NCBI RefSeq assembly: GCF_000734015.1
Contig: NZ_CP008796.1
Location: 60,001 to 92,000, forward strand
Length of the DNA: 32,000 bases
Reading direction: 5' to 3'
Source of the DNA: Thermodesulfobacterium commune DSM 2178
GTDB taxonomy: Bacteria > Desulfobacterota > Thermodesulfobacteria > Thermodesulfobacteriales > Thermodesulfobacteriaceae
Both the position numbers and the translations under genes were made by a program. The notes under the pieces are model-generated. The model was not told the origin of the DNA and did not search any database. It saw only the letters and a list, made by a program, of their open reading frames with translations. Within the stretch, counting starts at the first letter, position 1. The number at the start of each line of letters is the position of its first letter. Shown here one piece after another: positions 16,028 to 24,035 of this stretch.

Positions 16028-18100
16028 TTAATGAGGTAATTTTTCTATGTTGGATTCTCCTGTGTTTTCTATATTAGCGTTGTTTTCTAAAGGTTTAAGC
16101 ACAAAGAGCAGTTGGCCTTCTTCTACCATCTGGTTAAGCCTTACACAAATTTCTACGATTTGAGCATCAAAAGGTGCTAACACAGGGTTTTCCATTTTCA
16201 TCGATTCTAAGTTAGCGATTTCCTCTCCTTTATGCACGATGTCTCCAACCTTAAGGGTGCCTCTTTTTGGATTGCCTATTCTCCAAACTGTTCCGCTAAT
16301 AGGAGCACCTATTTCATTAGGTCTTACTGCTTTTCTCACCTCTTCTTTTTTAGCTCTTGGTGTTTTCACTTCAAAAACCCTGGTCTTGTTGTTTACTTTT
16401 AATACTACATGGATGATCCCGTCGTTTTCTACACCTATGGACACTAATTCTATACAGTAAGGTTTACCTTCATAGATAAACTCTACCTTATCTCCTGGTT
16501 TTTTAAGGCCCTCTCTCCAGACTTTGGTGGGAAGGTATAAAGGGGCATCTCCATATTTTTCTCTAAATTTTATGAAATCTAAGGCATCCTTAGGATGCAT
16601 AAGGTACAGGATAAACTCTTCTTCTGTGGCCTTTCTTCCGAGCTCCTCTTCCAGTTTTCTTCTTAAAGCGGTTAGATCTTCATCAGGAATAGCCTCTACA
16701 GGGGAGGACTCCTTTCTTTCTTTTATTTTATTTTCCCACTCGTCTCCAAAGGTGCTCTGATATACCCAGTCAGCTGGCCATCCTACAGGCATCCTCCCGT
16801 AATGACCAAGGATGAGATTTTTAAAATCTCCAGGTGCGTTTTTGAAAAGTTGTAAAAGCTCTTCCTGTTCCCAGGGTTCCATGGCAGAAAAATCCTGATT
16901 TTTCTCTTCTACGAATTTCTTTAGAAGTTTGATGACATGTTTAACCCCTTCTTCTCCCTGTTCTTTGGCATATCTGTTGACTATACCACTACAGGTTACC
17001 CAGGTTATTTGGGAGCCAGGGGTTACGTCAAAGTATTTTACTATTTGGTTGTATAAAGACATTACTTGAAGGATGTAAGGCATTAGATGAAGAAACCCGC
17101 CTTTTTCTGCCTGTTCAAAAGAACTGGGAAAGGCACCTCCTGGCATTTTATGTTTGGTAACCATATGGTCAAAACCTTTAAAAGGAGACTCAGCCCAGTC
17201 ATAGTCTCTGATCCATTCTCTAACCTTTTCTACTGCCTGTTCTGCAGCTTTTCTGTTAAGATGTACTGGGATTCCTTCTTCTCTAAATATAGCTTCTACG
17301 GCCAAGATAGGGGAATGTCCATAAAACCTGACCAGGGTATCTTCTTCTACGTCTATGATCTTAGCTCCTGCTTTGGCAGCTGCTAACAGCACAGGGATGG
17401 CAAGTCCATCGGTGATGTGACGATGGTAGTTGATCACCAAATCAGGATATTTTTGTTTGATGCTATCTATCAATTCAGTAACCGAAGATACCGTTCCTAC
17501 ACCAGCCATATCTTTGATACAAAGAACTATTTCGTCTACCCCACCACAGAGATCTACTATTTCGTCAACCACTTTTAGGTAATATTTGGTGTCAAACCAA
17601 GGGGCAACAGTATAAGAAATGGCAGGTTCAAAAAGTCTTCCTCTTTTCATCACCACTTCAGCTACAGGGCGCATGTTTCTTATGTCGTTTAAAAAAGAGA
17701 AACATCTCCAGACATCTATGTCTACCACTTCTACTACATACTCTATGACGTTTTTAGGGTATGGTCGATAACCCCACATGTTAGTTTCTCGTATAAGGGT
17801 TTGTAAAAGTACGTTAGGCATGAGCTCCCTTAAAATTGCTATCTCTTCGAAGGGACTTTCTCTTCGATTCATAATTCCTACGTGCCATCTTGCTCCACCA
17901 TGACATTCGGCTGCAAAGAGTCCCATCTCATTATAATAAGGGGCAAGGGTTTTTAAATCGTAAATCCTTAGTCTGTTTTTATAATCTGACTGACCTGCAT
18001 CTCTCATACCAACCGAAACAAAACATACGCCAGGGAGTTCTCTTACTTTTTGTACTATTTCTCTTGGGCTCATACCTGGTTTTACAAAAATATAGTTCAT
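16028..18100 (-). CDS. Biotin-dependent carboxylase, carboxyltransferase + biotinyl-carrier subunit (pyruvate carboxylase subunit B / 2-oxoglutarate carboxylase large subunit-like)
   Basis: 690 aa. The TIM-barrel CT motifs are MRDAGQS (canonical RD[AG]HQS), HGGARW, LIRETNMWGY, carbamyl-Lys KDMAG and HRH. The C-terminal biotinyl domain has ESMKME. A strong GGAGGGG RBS supports the start. Confidence 0.85.
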   Translation of the reverse strand: MNYIFVKPGMSPREIVQKVRELPGVCFVSVGMRDAGQSDYKNRLRIYDLKTLAPYYNEMGLFAAECHGGARWHVGIMNRRESPFEEIAILRELMPNVLLQTLIRETNMWGYRPYPKNVIEYVVEVVDIDVWRCFSFLNDIRNMRPVAEVVMKRGRLFEPAISYTVAPWFDTKYYLKVVDEIVDLCGGVDEIVLCIKDMAGVGTVSSVTELIDSIKQKYPDLVINYHRHITDGLAIPVLLAAAKAGAKIIDVEEDTLVRFYGHSPILAVEAIFREEGIPVHLNRKAAEQAVEKVREWIRDYDWAESPFKGFDHMVTKHKMPGGAFPSSFEQAEKGGFLHLMPYILQVMSLYNQIVKYFDVTPGSQITWVTCSGIVNRYAKEQGEEGVKHVIKLLKKFVEEKNQDFSAMEPWEQEELLQLFKNAPGDFKNLILGHYGRMPVGWPADWVYQSTFGDEWENKIKERKESSPVEAIPDEDLTALRRKLEEELGRKATEEEFILYLMHPKDALDFIKFREKYGDAPLYLPTKVWREGLKKPGDKVEFIYEGKPYCIELVSIGVENDGIIHVVLKVNNKTRVFEVKTPRAKKEEVRKAVRPNEIGAPISGTVWRIGNPKRGTLKVGDIVHKGEEIANLESMKMENPVLAPFDAQIVEICVRLNQMVEEGQLLFVLKPLENNANIENTGESNIEKLPH

Positions 18101-18130
18101 CTTTCCCCTCCATGGTTTGAGGTATATTTT

Positions 18131-19585
18131 TTACATCCAGTCTTGGGGTCCTAAGGCTGAGATTTCAGCTATATATTTAGCTATCTTTAAGACCTCATCA
18201 TCTGCAGTTTTTTCTTTTACCATGGAAAGAAGCTCTTCATGATGTTCCTCTATAAACCTGGTAGAAAACTTACCTTCTATAAAATCAGGATGCCTGATAA
18301 TGCTTAAAAGTAAGGGAGCGATGGTTTTTATCCCTTCTACTCTTAACCCTCGGCTCAAGGCCCTATCCATGACTCTAATAGCTTCTGACCTGTCAGCACC
18401 AGCTGACATAACCAGCATGATGAGTGAGTCATAGTAAGGAGGTACTTCTGCCCCTTCATAAACTCCAGAGGCAACCCTTATCCCTGGACCTTGAGGGATT
18501 TCAAGTCTGGTTATAGTTCCAAAAGAAGGATTAAAGGTTTTTGGGTCTTCAGCGTTAATTCTTACTTCTATGGCATGTCTGTTAGGGTGTATGTCGTCTT
18601 GTTCAAAAGGAAGAGGATGACCTTCTGCTATAGAAAACATAAGGCTTACCAGGTCAAGACCGGTTATAAGTTCTGTTACACCATGTTCTACTTGGAGCCT
18701 GGTGTTAACCTCAAGGAAATAAAATTTGTTGGTTTTAGGATCTAAAAGAAATTCTACTGTTCCTACAGAATGGTATCCTATTTCTCTCATCAACCTTACG
18801 GCTGTAAAACATATCTCTTGTCTTAGGTCATCAGATATGCTTGGAGACGGGGCTTCTTCTAAAATTTTTTGGTTTCTTCTCTGTAGAGTACATTCTCTTT
18901 CATACAGATGGACTACATGTCCGTATTTGTCTGCACAGACTTGTACTTCTATGTGTCTACCGCTTCGAATGTACTTTTCTACTAACAAAGTATCGTCCCC
19001 AAAAGCTTTTTTGGCCTCAGACTTTGCTTTTTCAAGAGCTACAGGTAATTCTTCAGCTGTATCTACTCTTACCATTCCCTTTCCACCACCACCTGAAGCA
19101 GCCTTAATCATGATAGGGAAATCTACTTCATCCTCCTTCATCCATCTTAAGATATCTTCTACTGTTTTTACGTTCAAAAGACCGGGGATGGTCGGAACAT
19201 TAGCTCTTTGGGCTATTTTTTTAGCCCTGATTTTGTCTCCCATAAGCCTTATAACCTCCGGAGGAGGACCTACCCACACAAGCCCAGCTTGTTCCACCAA
19301 CTCTGCAAAATCTGCATTCTCTGCCAAAAATCCCCATCCAGGATGGATGGCATCACACTTTTTTTCTAAAGCAACTTTAATGATTTTTTCCATGTTTAGG
19401 TAAGAATCGTGAGGGGGAGCTTCTCCGATATGGACTGCTTCATCAGCCAAAAAGACATGATAGGCTAATCTGTCGGGTGTGCTGTAGATAGCCACAGTTT
19501 TAATTTTTTTATCTCTGCAGGTATTCATAATCCTGACTGCAGGGACCCCACGATTGGCTATCAAAACTTTGTTGATTTTTTTCAT
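18131..19585 (-). CDS. Biotin carboxylase subunit (PycA/AccC/CfiB-like)
   Basis: 484 aa. It has an ATP-grasp domain with the GGGGKGM glycine loop, EVNTRLQVEH, EEAPSP, and a typical N-terminal KVLIANRG. Confidence 0.92.
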   Translation of the reverse strand: MKKINKVLIANRGVPAVRIMNTCRDKKIKTVAIYSTPDRLAYHVFLADEAVHIGEAPPHDSYLNMEKIIKVALEKKCDAIHPGWGFLAENADFAELVEQAGLVWVGPPPEVIRLMGDKIRAKKIAQRANVPTIPGLLNVKTVEDILRWMKEDEVDFPIMIKAASGGGGKGMVRVDTAEELPVALEKAKSEAKKAFGDDTLLVEKYIRSGRHIEVQVCADKYGHVVHLYERECTLQRRNQKILEEAPSPSISDDLRQEICFTAVRLMREIGYHSVGTVEFLLDPKTNKFYFLEVNTRLQVEHGVTELITGLDLVSLMFSIAEGHPLPFEQDDIHPNRHAIEVRINAEDPKTFNPSFGTITRLEIPQGPGIRVASGVYEGAEVPPYYDSLIMLVMSAGADRSEAIRVMDRALSRGLRVEGIKTIAPLLLSIIRHPDFIEGKFSTRFIEEHHEELLSMVKEKTADDEVLKIAKYIAEISALGPQDWM

Positions 19586-19605
19586 ACGCCCTCCAGTTTC
19601 TGTTT

Positions 19606-19639
19606 TTAAATTATTTAGAATTTTAAATTATCTAGAATT
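19606..19639. repeat. Tandem direct repeat, 2 x 17 nt (16/17 identical)
   Basis: ttaaattatTtagaatt (19606-19622) is immediately followed by ttaaattatCtagaatt (19623-19639). It lies in the 73-nt gap between the trmD-fusion stop and the biotin carboxylase start. Confidence 0.8.
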
Positions 19640-19655
19640 AACCTATTTTTGATAA
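19627..19655 (-). promoter_or_regulatory. Candidate promoter for the carboxylase operon
   Basis: On the minus strand: TTATCA (complement of 19650-19655), a 17-nt spacer, then GATAAT (complement of 19627-19632). The -10 hexamer lies inside repeat copy 2. Confidence 0.3.
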
Positions 19656-19658
19656 AAA

Positions 19659-20972
19659 TCAATCTTTTCTTTTATAAGATTTTTTGTAGAAACTATATAG
19701 TCCTAACAGACGGTCGATGATGATGGAGGCTGCTGAGCGGACAGAAAGATGGTTGTATGTGTCAAGCCTTCCCCAAATTGGTTCTAAAAAATGATCACAT
19801 TTTGCTAGAAACTCTTCGGTAAGTCCCCAGGCAGTTCCTAAAACAATGACTATAGGTGTTTCCCACAAAAACTTCTGTAGAGTTTCTATAGGAATAGGGG
19901 GTTTTTTAGGAGAAGCATCTGTCCCGACCAACAAAGGTTTTTCTCCTTCCTGATGGTGGACTGCATCTAAGGCTTCTTCAAAGGTAGAAAAAACTTTTAC
20001 CAATTTTAGGGCTTCTTTACGTAATGGGTTGTATTTAGCTCCACCACCTTTCAACCAGAAGTCTAAGAGTTCTTGGGCTAACTCTCTTTGGTCCTCAAGG
20101 GGTTGAACTATATAGATCCCTTTTAATCCATAGGTCCTTCCAAGACGTCCCAAATCGTGTAAATCGATGTTGGCAATGGCTGAAGTAATTACCTCTTTTC
20201 TCTTGTTGTAAACCGGATAATGGAGTAAAAAGAGATAGACTCTCTGTTTTTTTAAAAGATTAGCCAAAAAATTTAAATCTTCTTGAGAAAGCAAGGTTTG
20301 TCTTAAAAGATGAGGACGTTTTTTGAGGGTTAATTCTAAGGATTTTTGTCTTCGATAGACCTCTATGGCGGCATGGTTTCCGCTTAAAAGAACCTCTGGG
20401 ACTTTTAACCCCATAAAATCCCTGGGTCTGGTATAACAAGGATATTTTAAAAGTCCTGAAGAAAAAGATTCTTTCTCCACAGAGTCTTTTTTTCCTACTA
20501 CTCCAGGGATTAGTCTGGCTATACACTCAATTAGGACTAGACTTGCTACTTCTCCTCCAAAAACCACATAATCTCCTATAGATACTTCTTGGTCTATTAA
20601 GGTTTCTTTTATTCTTTCATCTATTCCTTCATACCTTCCGCAAATAAGGATAAGATGTTGTTTTTGAGAAAGCTCTTCTGCTATTTTTTGATTTAACACC
20701 TCTCCTTGAGGGGAGAGATAGACCACCCAAGGGCTTTTACTTTTTTGTTTAAGAGATGTTATCGCTCGGTAGAGAGGTTCAGGTTTAAAAACCATCCCCT
20801 CTCCACCACCAAAAGGTTCATCATCAACCACACGGTGTTTATCCTGACAAAAGTCTCTGAGATTAACAAGATTGATCTCTAAAAGACCTTTTTGTAAAGC
20901 CTTTCCTAAAAGCCCTACTTTTAACGGACTCTCAAAATATTCTGGGAAAATGGTGATGATATCTATCTGCAT
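19659..20972 (-). CDS. trmD: tRNA (guanine37-N1)-methyltransferase TrmD fused to a C-terminal Tm1570-type SPOUT methyltransferase domain
   Basis: 437 aa. Residues 1 to about 240 are TrmD (IITIFPEYF, DDEPFGGGEGMV, ICGRYEGIDERI, GDYVVFGGEVASLVLIE, SGNHAAI). Residues from about 244 to the end read LLHYPVYNKRKEVITSAIANIDLHDLGRLGRTYGLKGIYIVQP...VLGTAWGL...NHLSVRSAASIIIDRL, which is Methyltrn_RNA_4/Tm1570-like. No stop or frameshift separates the halves. Confidence 0.88.
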   Translation of the reverse strand: MQIDIITIFPEYFESPLKVGLLGKALQKGLLEINLVNLRDFCQDKHRVVDDEPFGGGEGMVFKPEPLYRAITSLKQKSKSPWVVYLSPQGEVLNQKIAEELSQKQHLILICGRYEGIDERIKETLIDQEVSIGDYVVFGGEVASLVLIECIARLIPGVVGKKDSVEKESFSSGLLKYPCYTRPRDFMGLKVPEVLLSGNHAAIEVYRRQKSLELTLKKRPHLLRQTLLSQEDLNFLANLLKKQRVYLFLLHYPVYNKRKEVITSAIANIDLHDLGRLGRTYGLKGIYIVQPLEDQRELAQELLDFWLKGGGAKYNPLRKEALKLVKVFSTFEEALDAVHHQEGEKPLLVGTDASPKKPPIPIETLQKFLWETPIVIVLGTAWGLTEEFLAKCDHFLEPIWGRLDTYNHLSVRSAASIIIDRLLGLYSFYKKSYKRKD

Positions 20973-20983
20973 AGAGTTAAATT

Positions 20984-21499
20984 TTAGGGTTTTTGAACTT
21001 CTATAAGGCCTTCTAAGTTTTGAACTATGATGGTCCGAGAAGAAAAATCCATCTCCACAACGTATTCTTCTACCATAGGGACATAGAACTCAAATCCTTC
21101 TGGAGTTTTTATCAATAGAAGGTCATACTCCCCCATCGGCATGACCTCTTTAACCTTACCCCAAATTTTACCAAAAGGATCTTTAATACAAAAACCCTCT
21201 ATTTGGTGATAATAAAATTCATCTTCCAAAGGCTCAGGAAGTTCCTCTAAACTTAAGTAAAGTTTTTGGTTGACAAGACTTTTGGCTGTTTCATAATCTA
21301 CATCTTTAAACTTAAAGATGAGCACGTTAAACCCAGGCCCTTTTTTAACAGACTCAACCACCAATTCTTCCGAAGAATTAGGAGAAAGATAGAACTTTTT
21401 TGTTTGAAAAAGAAGCTCAAAAGAAGAGACCAAGGGAGAGACTTTAACCTCTCCCTTAAGTCCATGGGTGCTTAAGATTTTGGCAACAGGAACCTTCAC
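20984..21499 (-). CDS. rimM: 16S rRNA processing protein RimM
   Basis: 171 aa with a GTG start. It shows the N-terminal G.I...HG.KGEVKV pattern and a PRC-barrel C-terminus, and it sits in the canonical rpsP-KH-rimM-trmD order. Confidence 0.85.
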   Translation of the reverse strand: MKVPVAKILSTHGLKGEVKVSPLVSSFELLFQTKKFYLSPNSSEELVVESVKKGPGFNVLIFKFKDVDYETAKSLVNQKLYLSLEELPEPLEDEFYYHQIEGFCIKDPFGKIWGKVKEVMPMGEYDLLLIKTPEGFEFYVPMVEEYVVEMDFSSRTIIVQNLEGLIEVQKP

Positions 21500-21738
21500 T
21501 ATTCTATGATTTCTAATACAACTCTTTTACGAAGTTTACTTCCTGCAGCCCCTAAGATGGTTCTAATAGCTTTAGCCGTACGCCCTTCTTTACCTATGAT
21601 TTTACCAAGGTCTTCCTTGGCAACTTTAAGCTCGATTACAGAGGTTTGCTCTCCTTCGATCTCGTTAATCTGTACTGCTTCTGGTTTGTCTACCAGAACC
21701 TTAGCAATGCTCTCCACCAAATCTTTAAGTTTGCTCAT
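21499..21738 (-). CDS. KH-domain RNA-binding protein (UPF0109/YlqC-like)
   Basis: 79 aa with the [18 protein letters not shown] GxxG KH motif. It lies between rpsP and rimM. Confidence 0.8.
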   Translation of the reverse strand: MSKLKDLVESIAKVLVDKPEAVQINEIEGEQTSVIELKVAKEDLGKIIGKEGRTAKAIRTILGAAGSKLRKRVVLEIIE

Positions 21739-21770
21739 CTTCTAACCTCCTCTCTACTGGCAGTTTGAGT

Positions 21771-22028
21771 TTACCCCTTTTGGTCTACTTTAATCCCTAT
21801 CCTTTTCAGAAGCGCTCTTACCGTTTCTGTAGGTTCAGCACCTCTTTCAAGCCAAGCTTTAACTTTTTCTTCATTTACCTTAAACTCAAAAGGTTGTTTT
21901 AAAGGATCATAATACCCTAAGATATCTAAAAATTTTCCATCTCTGGGAGAACGAGAATCCGCTGCCACCACTCTGTAAAAAGGTTTTTTCTTTCTACCAA
22001 ATCTCATAAGTCTAATCCTGACCGGCAC
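21771..22028 (-). CDS. rpsP: 30S ribosomal protein S16
   Basis: The N-terminus is MPVRIRLMRFGRKKKPFYRVVAADSRSPRDGKFLDILGYYDP. GTG start with an AAGGAGG RBS. Confidence 0.95.
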   Translation of the reverse strand: MPVRIRLMRFGRKKKPFYRVVAADSRSPRDGKFLDILGYYDPLKQPFEFKVNEEKVKAWLERGAEPTETVRALLKRIGIKVDQKG

Positions 22029-22065
22029 TTTTCCTCTACCTCCTTAAAAAATTTTTAGTCTTAAT

Positions 22066-22093
22066 ATTTTACCACCTAATTTATTTTTTACAA
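22066..22093 (-). promoter_or_regulatory. Candidate extended -10 promoter for the rpsP operon
   Basis: On the minus strand: TTGTAA, a 16-nt spacer, then TGgTAAAAT. It sits about 40 nt upstream of the rpsP start. Confidence 0.4.
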
Positions 22094-22099
22094 TCGATT

Positions 22100-23428
22100 T
22101 TAAGCGCCAAACATTCTTCGAAAAACTTGTTGAAGTCTTCCTGGTGTTTTCATTTGTTTCAATAGTTTAAGCATCTCCTCATAGCTTCTTAGAAGCTTGT
22201 TTACATCTTGAACTGTAGTTCCGCTACCTTTGGCTATGCGTCTTTTTCTACTTGCATTGATTATTTTCGGATTTTTCCTTTCCTGTTTGGTCATCGAGTT
22301 GATGATGGCTTCCATTTTTAAAATCTCTTTTTCATCAAACTCAATCTGACTCAATTTTTTCCCTATACCAGGCAAAAATCCCAGTATATCCCTTATAGAA
22401 CCTAATTTTTTCATCTGTCTTAACTGTTCTCTCAGGTCTTCTAAATCAAACTCAAGTTTTTTAAGTTTTTTTTCTAATTCTTTGGCTTTTTTAAGGTCAA
22501 AGGTTTCTTGAGCTTTTTCTATCAAGGTTAAAATGTCTCCCATCCCAAGAATTCTTCCTGCAAGTCTTTCGGGATAAAAAACCTCTAAAGCATCTACTTT
22601 TTCTCCTACCCCTAAAAACTTGATGGGACATCCGGTGACTTCTTTTATAGAAAGAGCTGCACCTCCTCTGGCATCTCCTTCCATTTTCGTAAGAATGATG
22701 CCTGTTAGCCCTACTTTTTCTTGAAAGGTTTTAGCTACATTCACCGCATCTTGTCCCATCATGGCATCAGCTACAAGCAGAACCTCCGAAGGACTAAAGG
22801 TTTTTTTTAACTCTATCAACTCTTCCATAAGGGCTTCGTCTATATGTAGTCTACCGGCGGTGTCTATGATTACCACATCTCTGCCTTCTTTTTTTGCCAC
22901 TTCTATGGCATGCTGAACGATTTCTAAAGGTTTTTCTCCAGGTTGGGCTTCATAGAAGGGGACCTCTATCTTTTGTGCAAGTACTTTAAGCTGTTCTATG
23001 GCTGCAGGACGATAGATGTCTGCTGAGACCAAAAGGGGATGATGTCCTTTCTTTTTTAGATATCTTGCAAGTTTGGCTGCGGTAGTGGTTTTTCCTGACC
23101 CTTGAAGCCCTGCAAGCAAAATTTTAGCAGGTTTGGGGCTGCCTAAATCAAGGCCTTTGGCTTCCCCTCCAAGGGTTTTTACCAACTCCTCATACACAAT
23201 CTTTACTATTTGCTGAAAGGGAGTTAAACTCTCGGTAACCTCAGAAGAAAGACATCTCTCTTCTACCCTTCCGATAAAATCTTTTACTACTTTGTAGTTT
23301 ACATCTGCCTCAAGTAAGGCAAGACGGATTTCCCTTAAACCTTTTTTTATTTCGTCTGGGCTAAGTTTTCCTTTATCCTTAAACTTGTTTAAGGCCTCCT
23401 CTAACCTTTGACTTAATCCTTCAAGCAT
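22100..23428 (-). CDS. ffh: Signal recognition particle protein Ffh
   Basis: The NG domain has GLQGSGKTTT, DTAGR and TKMEGDARGGAALS. The Met-rich M domain has the KKLGSIRDILGFLPG pattern. Confidence 0.95.
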   Translation of the reverse strand: MLEGLSQRLEEALNKFKDKGKLSPDEIKKGLREIRLALLEADVNYKVVKDFIGRVEERCLSSEVTESLTPFQQIVKIVYEELVKTLGGEAKGLDLGSPKPAKILLAGLQGSGKTTTAAKLARYLKKKGHHPLLVSADIYRPAAIEQLKVLAQKIEVPFYEAQPGEKPLEIVQHAIEVAKKEGRDVVIIDTAGRLHIDEALMEELIELKKTFSPSEVLLVADAMMGQDAVNVAKTFQEKVGLTGIILTKMEGDARGGAALSIKEVTGCPIKFLGVGEKVDALEVFYPERLAGRILGMGDILTLIEKAQETFDLKKAKELEKKLKKLEFDLEDLREQLRQMKKLGSIRDILGFLPGIGKKLSQIEFDEKEILKMEAIINSMTKQERKNPKIINASRKRRIAKGSGTTVQDVNKLLRSYEEMLKLLKQMKTPGRLQQVFRRMFGA

Positions 23429-23497
23429 TTTTGACTCCCTCTTCAGTTTTTTCGTCTGAGTAAAGTTTAATCATTATTTTCTTTTAGGCAACTATTT

Positions 23498-24028
23498 TTA
23501 TCCAGTCCAAAATCTTGGTCTCCCTACGTCAAGATGAATAAACCTCCCAGGATAGTATCCAACCCCTCCGAGACCCAAGTTTAATCCTGCTTTTAACAAA
23601 TCTTCTAAAGGTGTGTCTTCCAAAAAAAAGTCTACCGCCTTTCCTTCTGTATGCAAACTTTTACTCGCAACCCCAGAAGTAGCTTTTCTTAAAAATTCGT
23701 TAGTCTCAGGAGATCTATAGCCTGAGACTAAACATATAGAAGTTTTTGGGTTAACCATTTGACTTACCAAAAATAAAAAGTCAAAAAGTTTAACGTCTAT
23801 AGGGTAGACTTCACCTTTTCTATAGTCTCTAAAAATGTAAAAAAGCAAAGAAATTCCTTCTCCTAAATATTCTCCGTTAGCCCAGTAAGTTGCTTCTACT
23901 TTTTCTTCTGTGTGTAAGTTGTAAATTTTAAGGGTCCTCTCAGGAAAACTCAATAAACTTCCAAAAGATAAAACAGGGTTGGCTAAAACCAACCCTAAAG
24001 TCTTAAGAAAGAACCTTCGGGTAAACAT
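23498..24028 (-). CDS. mepK: DUF882/peptidase M15A family murein endopeptidase (YcbK/MepK-like), Tat-type signal
   Basis: The N-terminal TRRFFLKTLGL is twin-arginine-like. The motifs SGYRSPETN, HTEGKAVDF and GGVGYYPGRFIHLD are typical of YcbK. It lies immediately downstream of the ycbB-like gene, as in E. coli. Confidence 0.8.
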   Translation of the reverse strand: MFTRRFFLKTLGLVLANPVLSFGSLLSFPERTLKIYNLHTEEKVEATYWANGEYLGEGISLLFYIFRDYRKGEVYPIDVKLFDFLFLVSQMVNPKTSICLVSGYRSPETNEFLRKATSGVASKSLHTEGKAVDFFLEDTPLEDLLKAGLNLGLGGVGYYPGRFIHLDVGRPRFWTG

Positions 24029-24035
24029 TTCAAAT

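Noticed and set aside
18726-19403. A 225-aa + strand ORF, plus 18491..18745 and 18841..19107, lying inside the biotin carboxylase gene
   Set aside because: All are antisense to a strongly conserved, motif-rich gene. They have no RBS and a Ser/Thr/Leu-rich low-complexity composition, typical of shadow ORFs. I recognise no motif in them.
21506-21745. 79-aa + strand ORF exactly mirroring the KH-domain gene
   Set aside because: It has the same span as the minus-strand KH protein, which carries a bona fide GxxG motif and operon context. The + frame is Leu/Ser/Pro-rich with no RBS.
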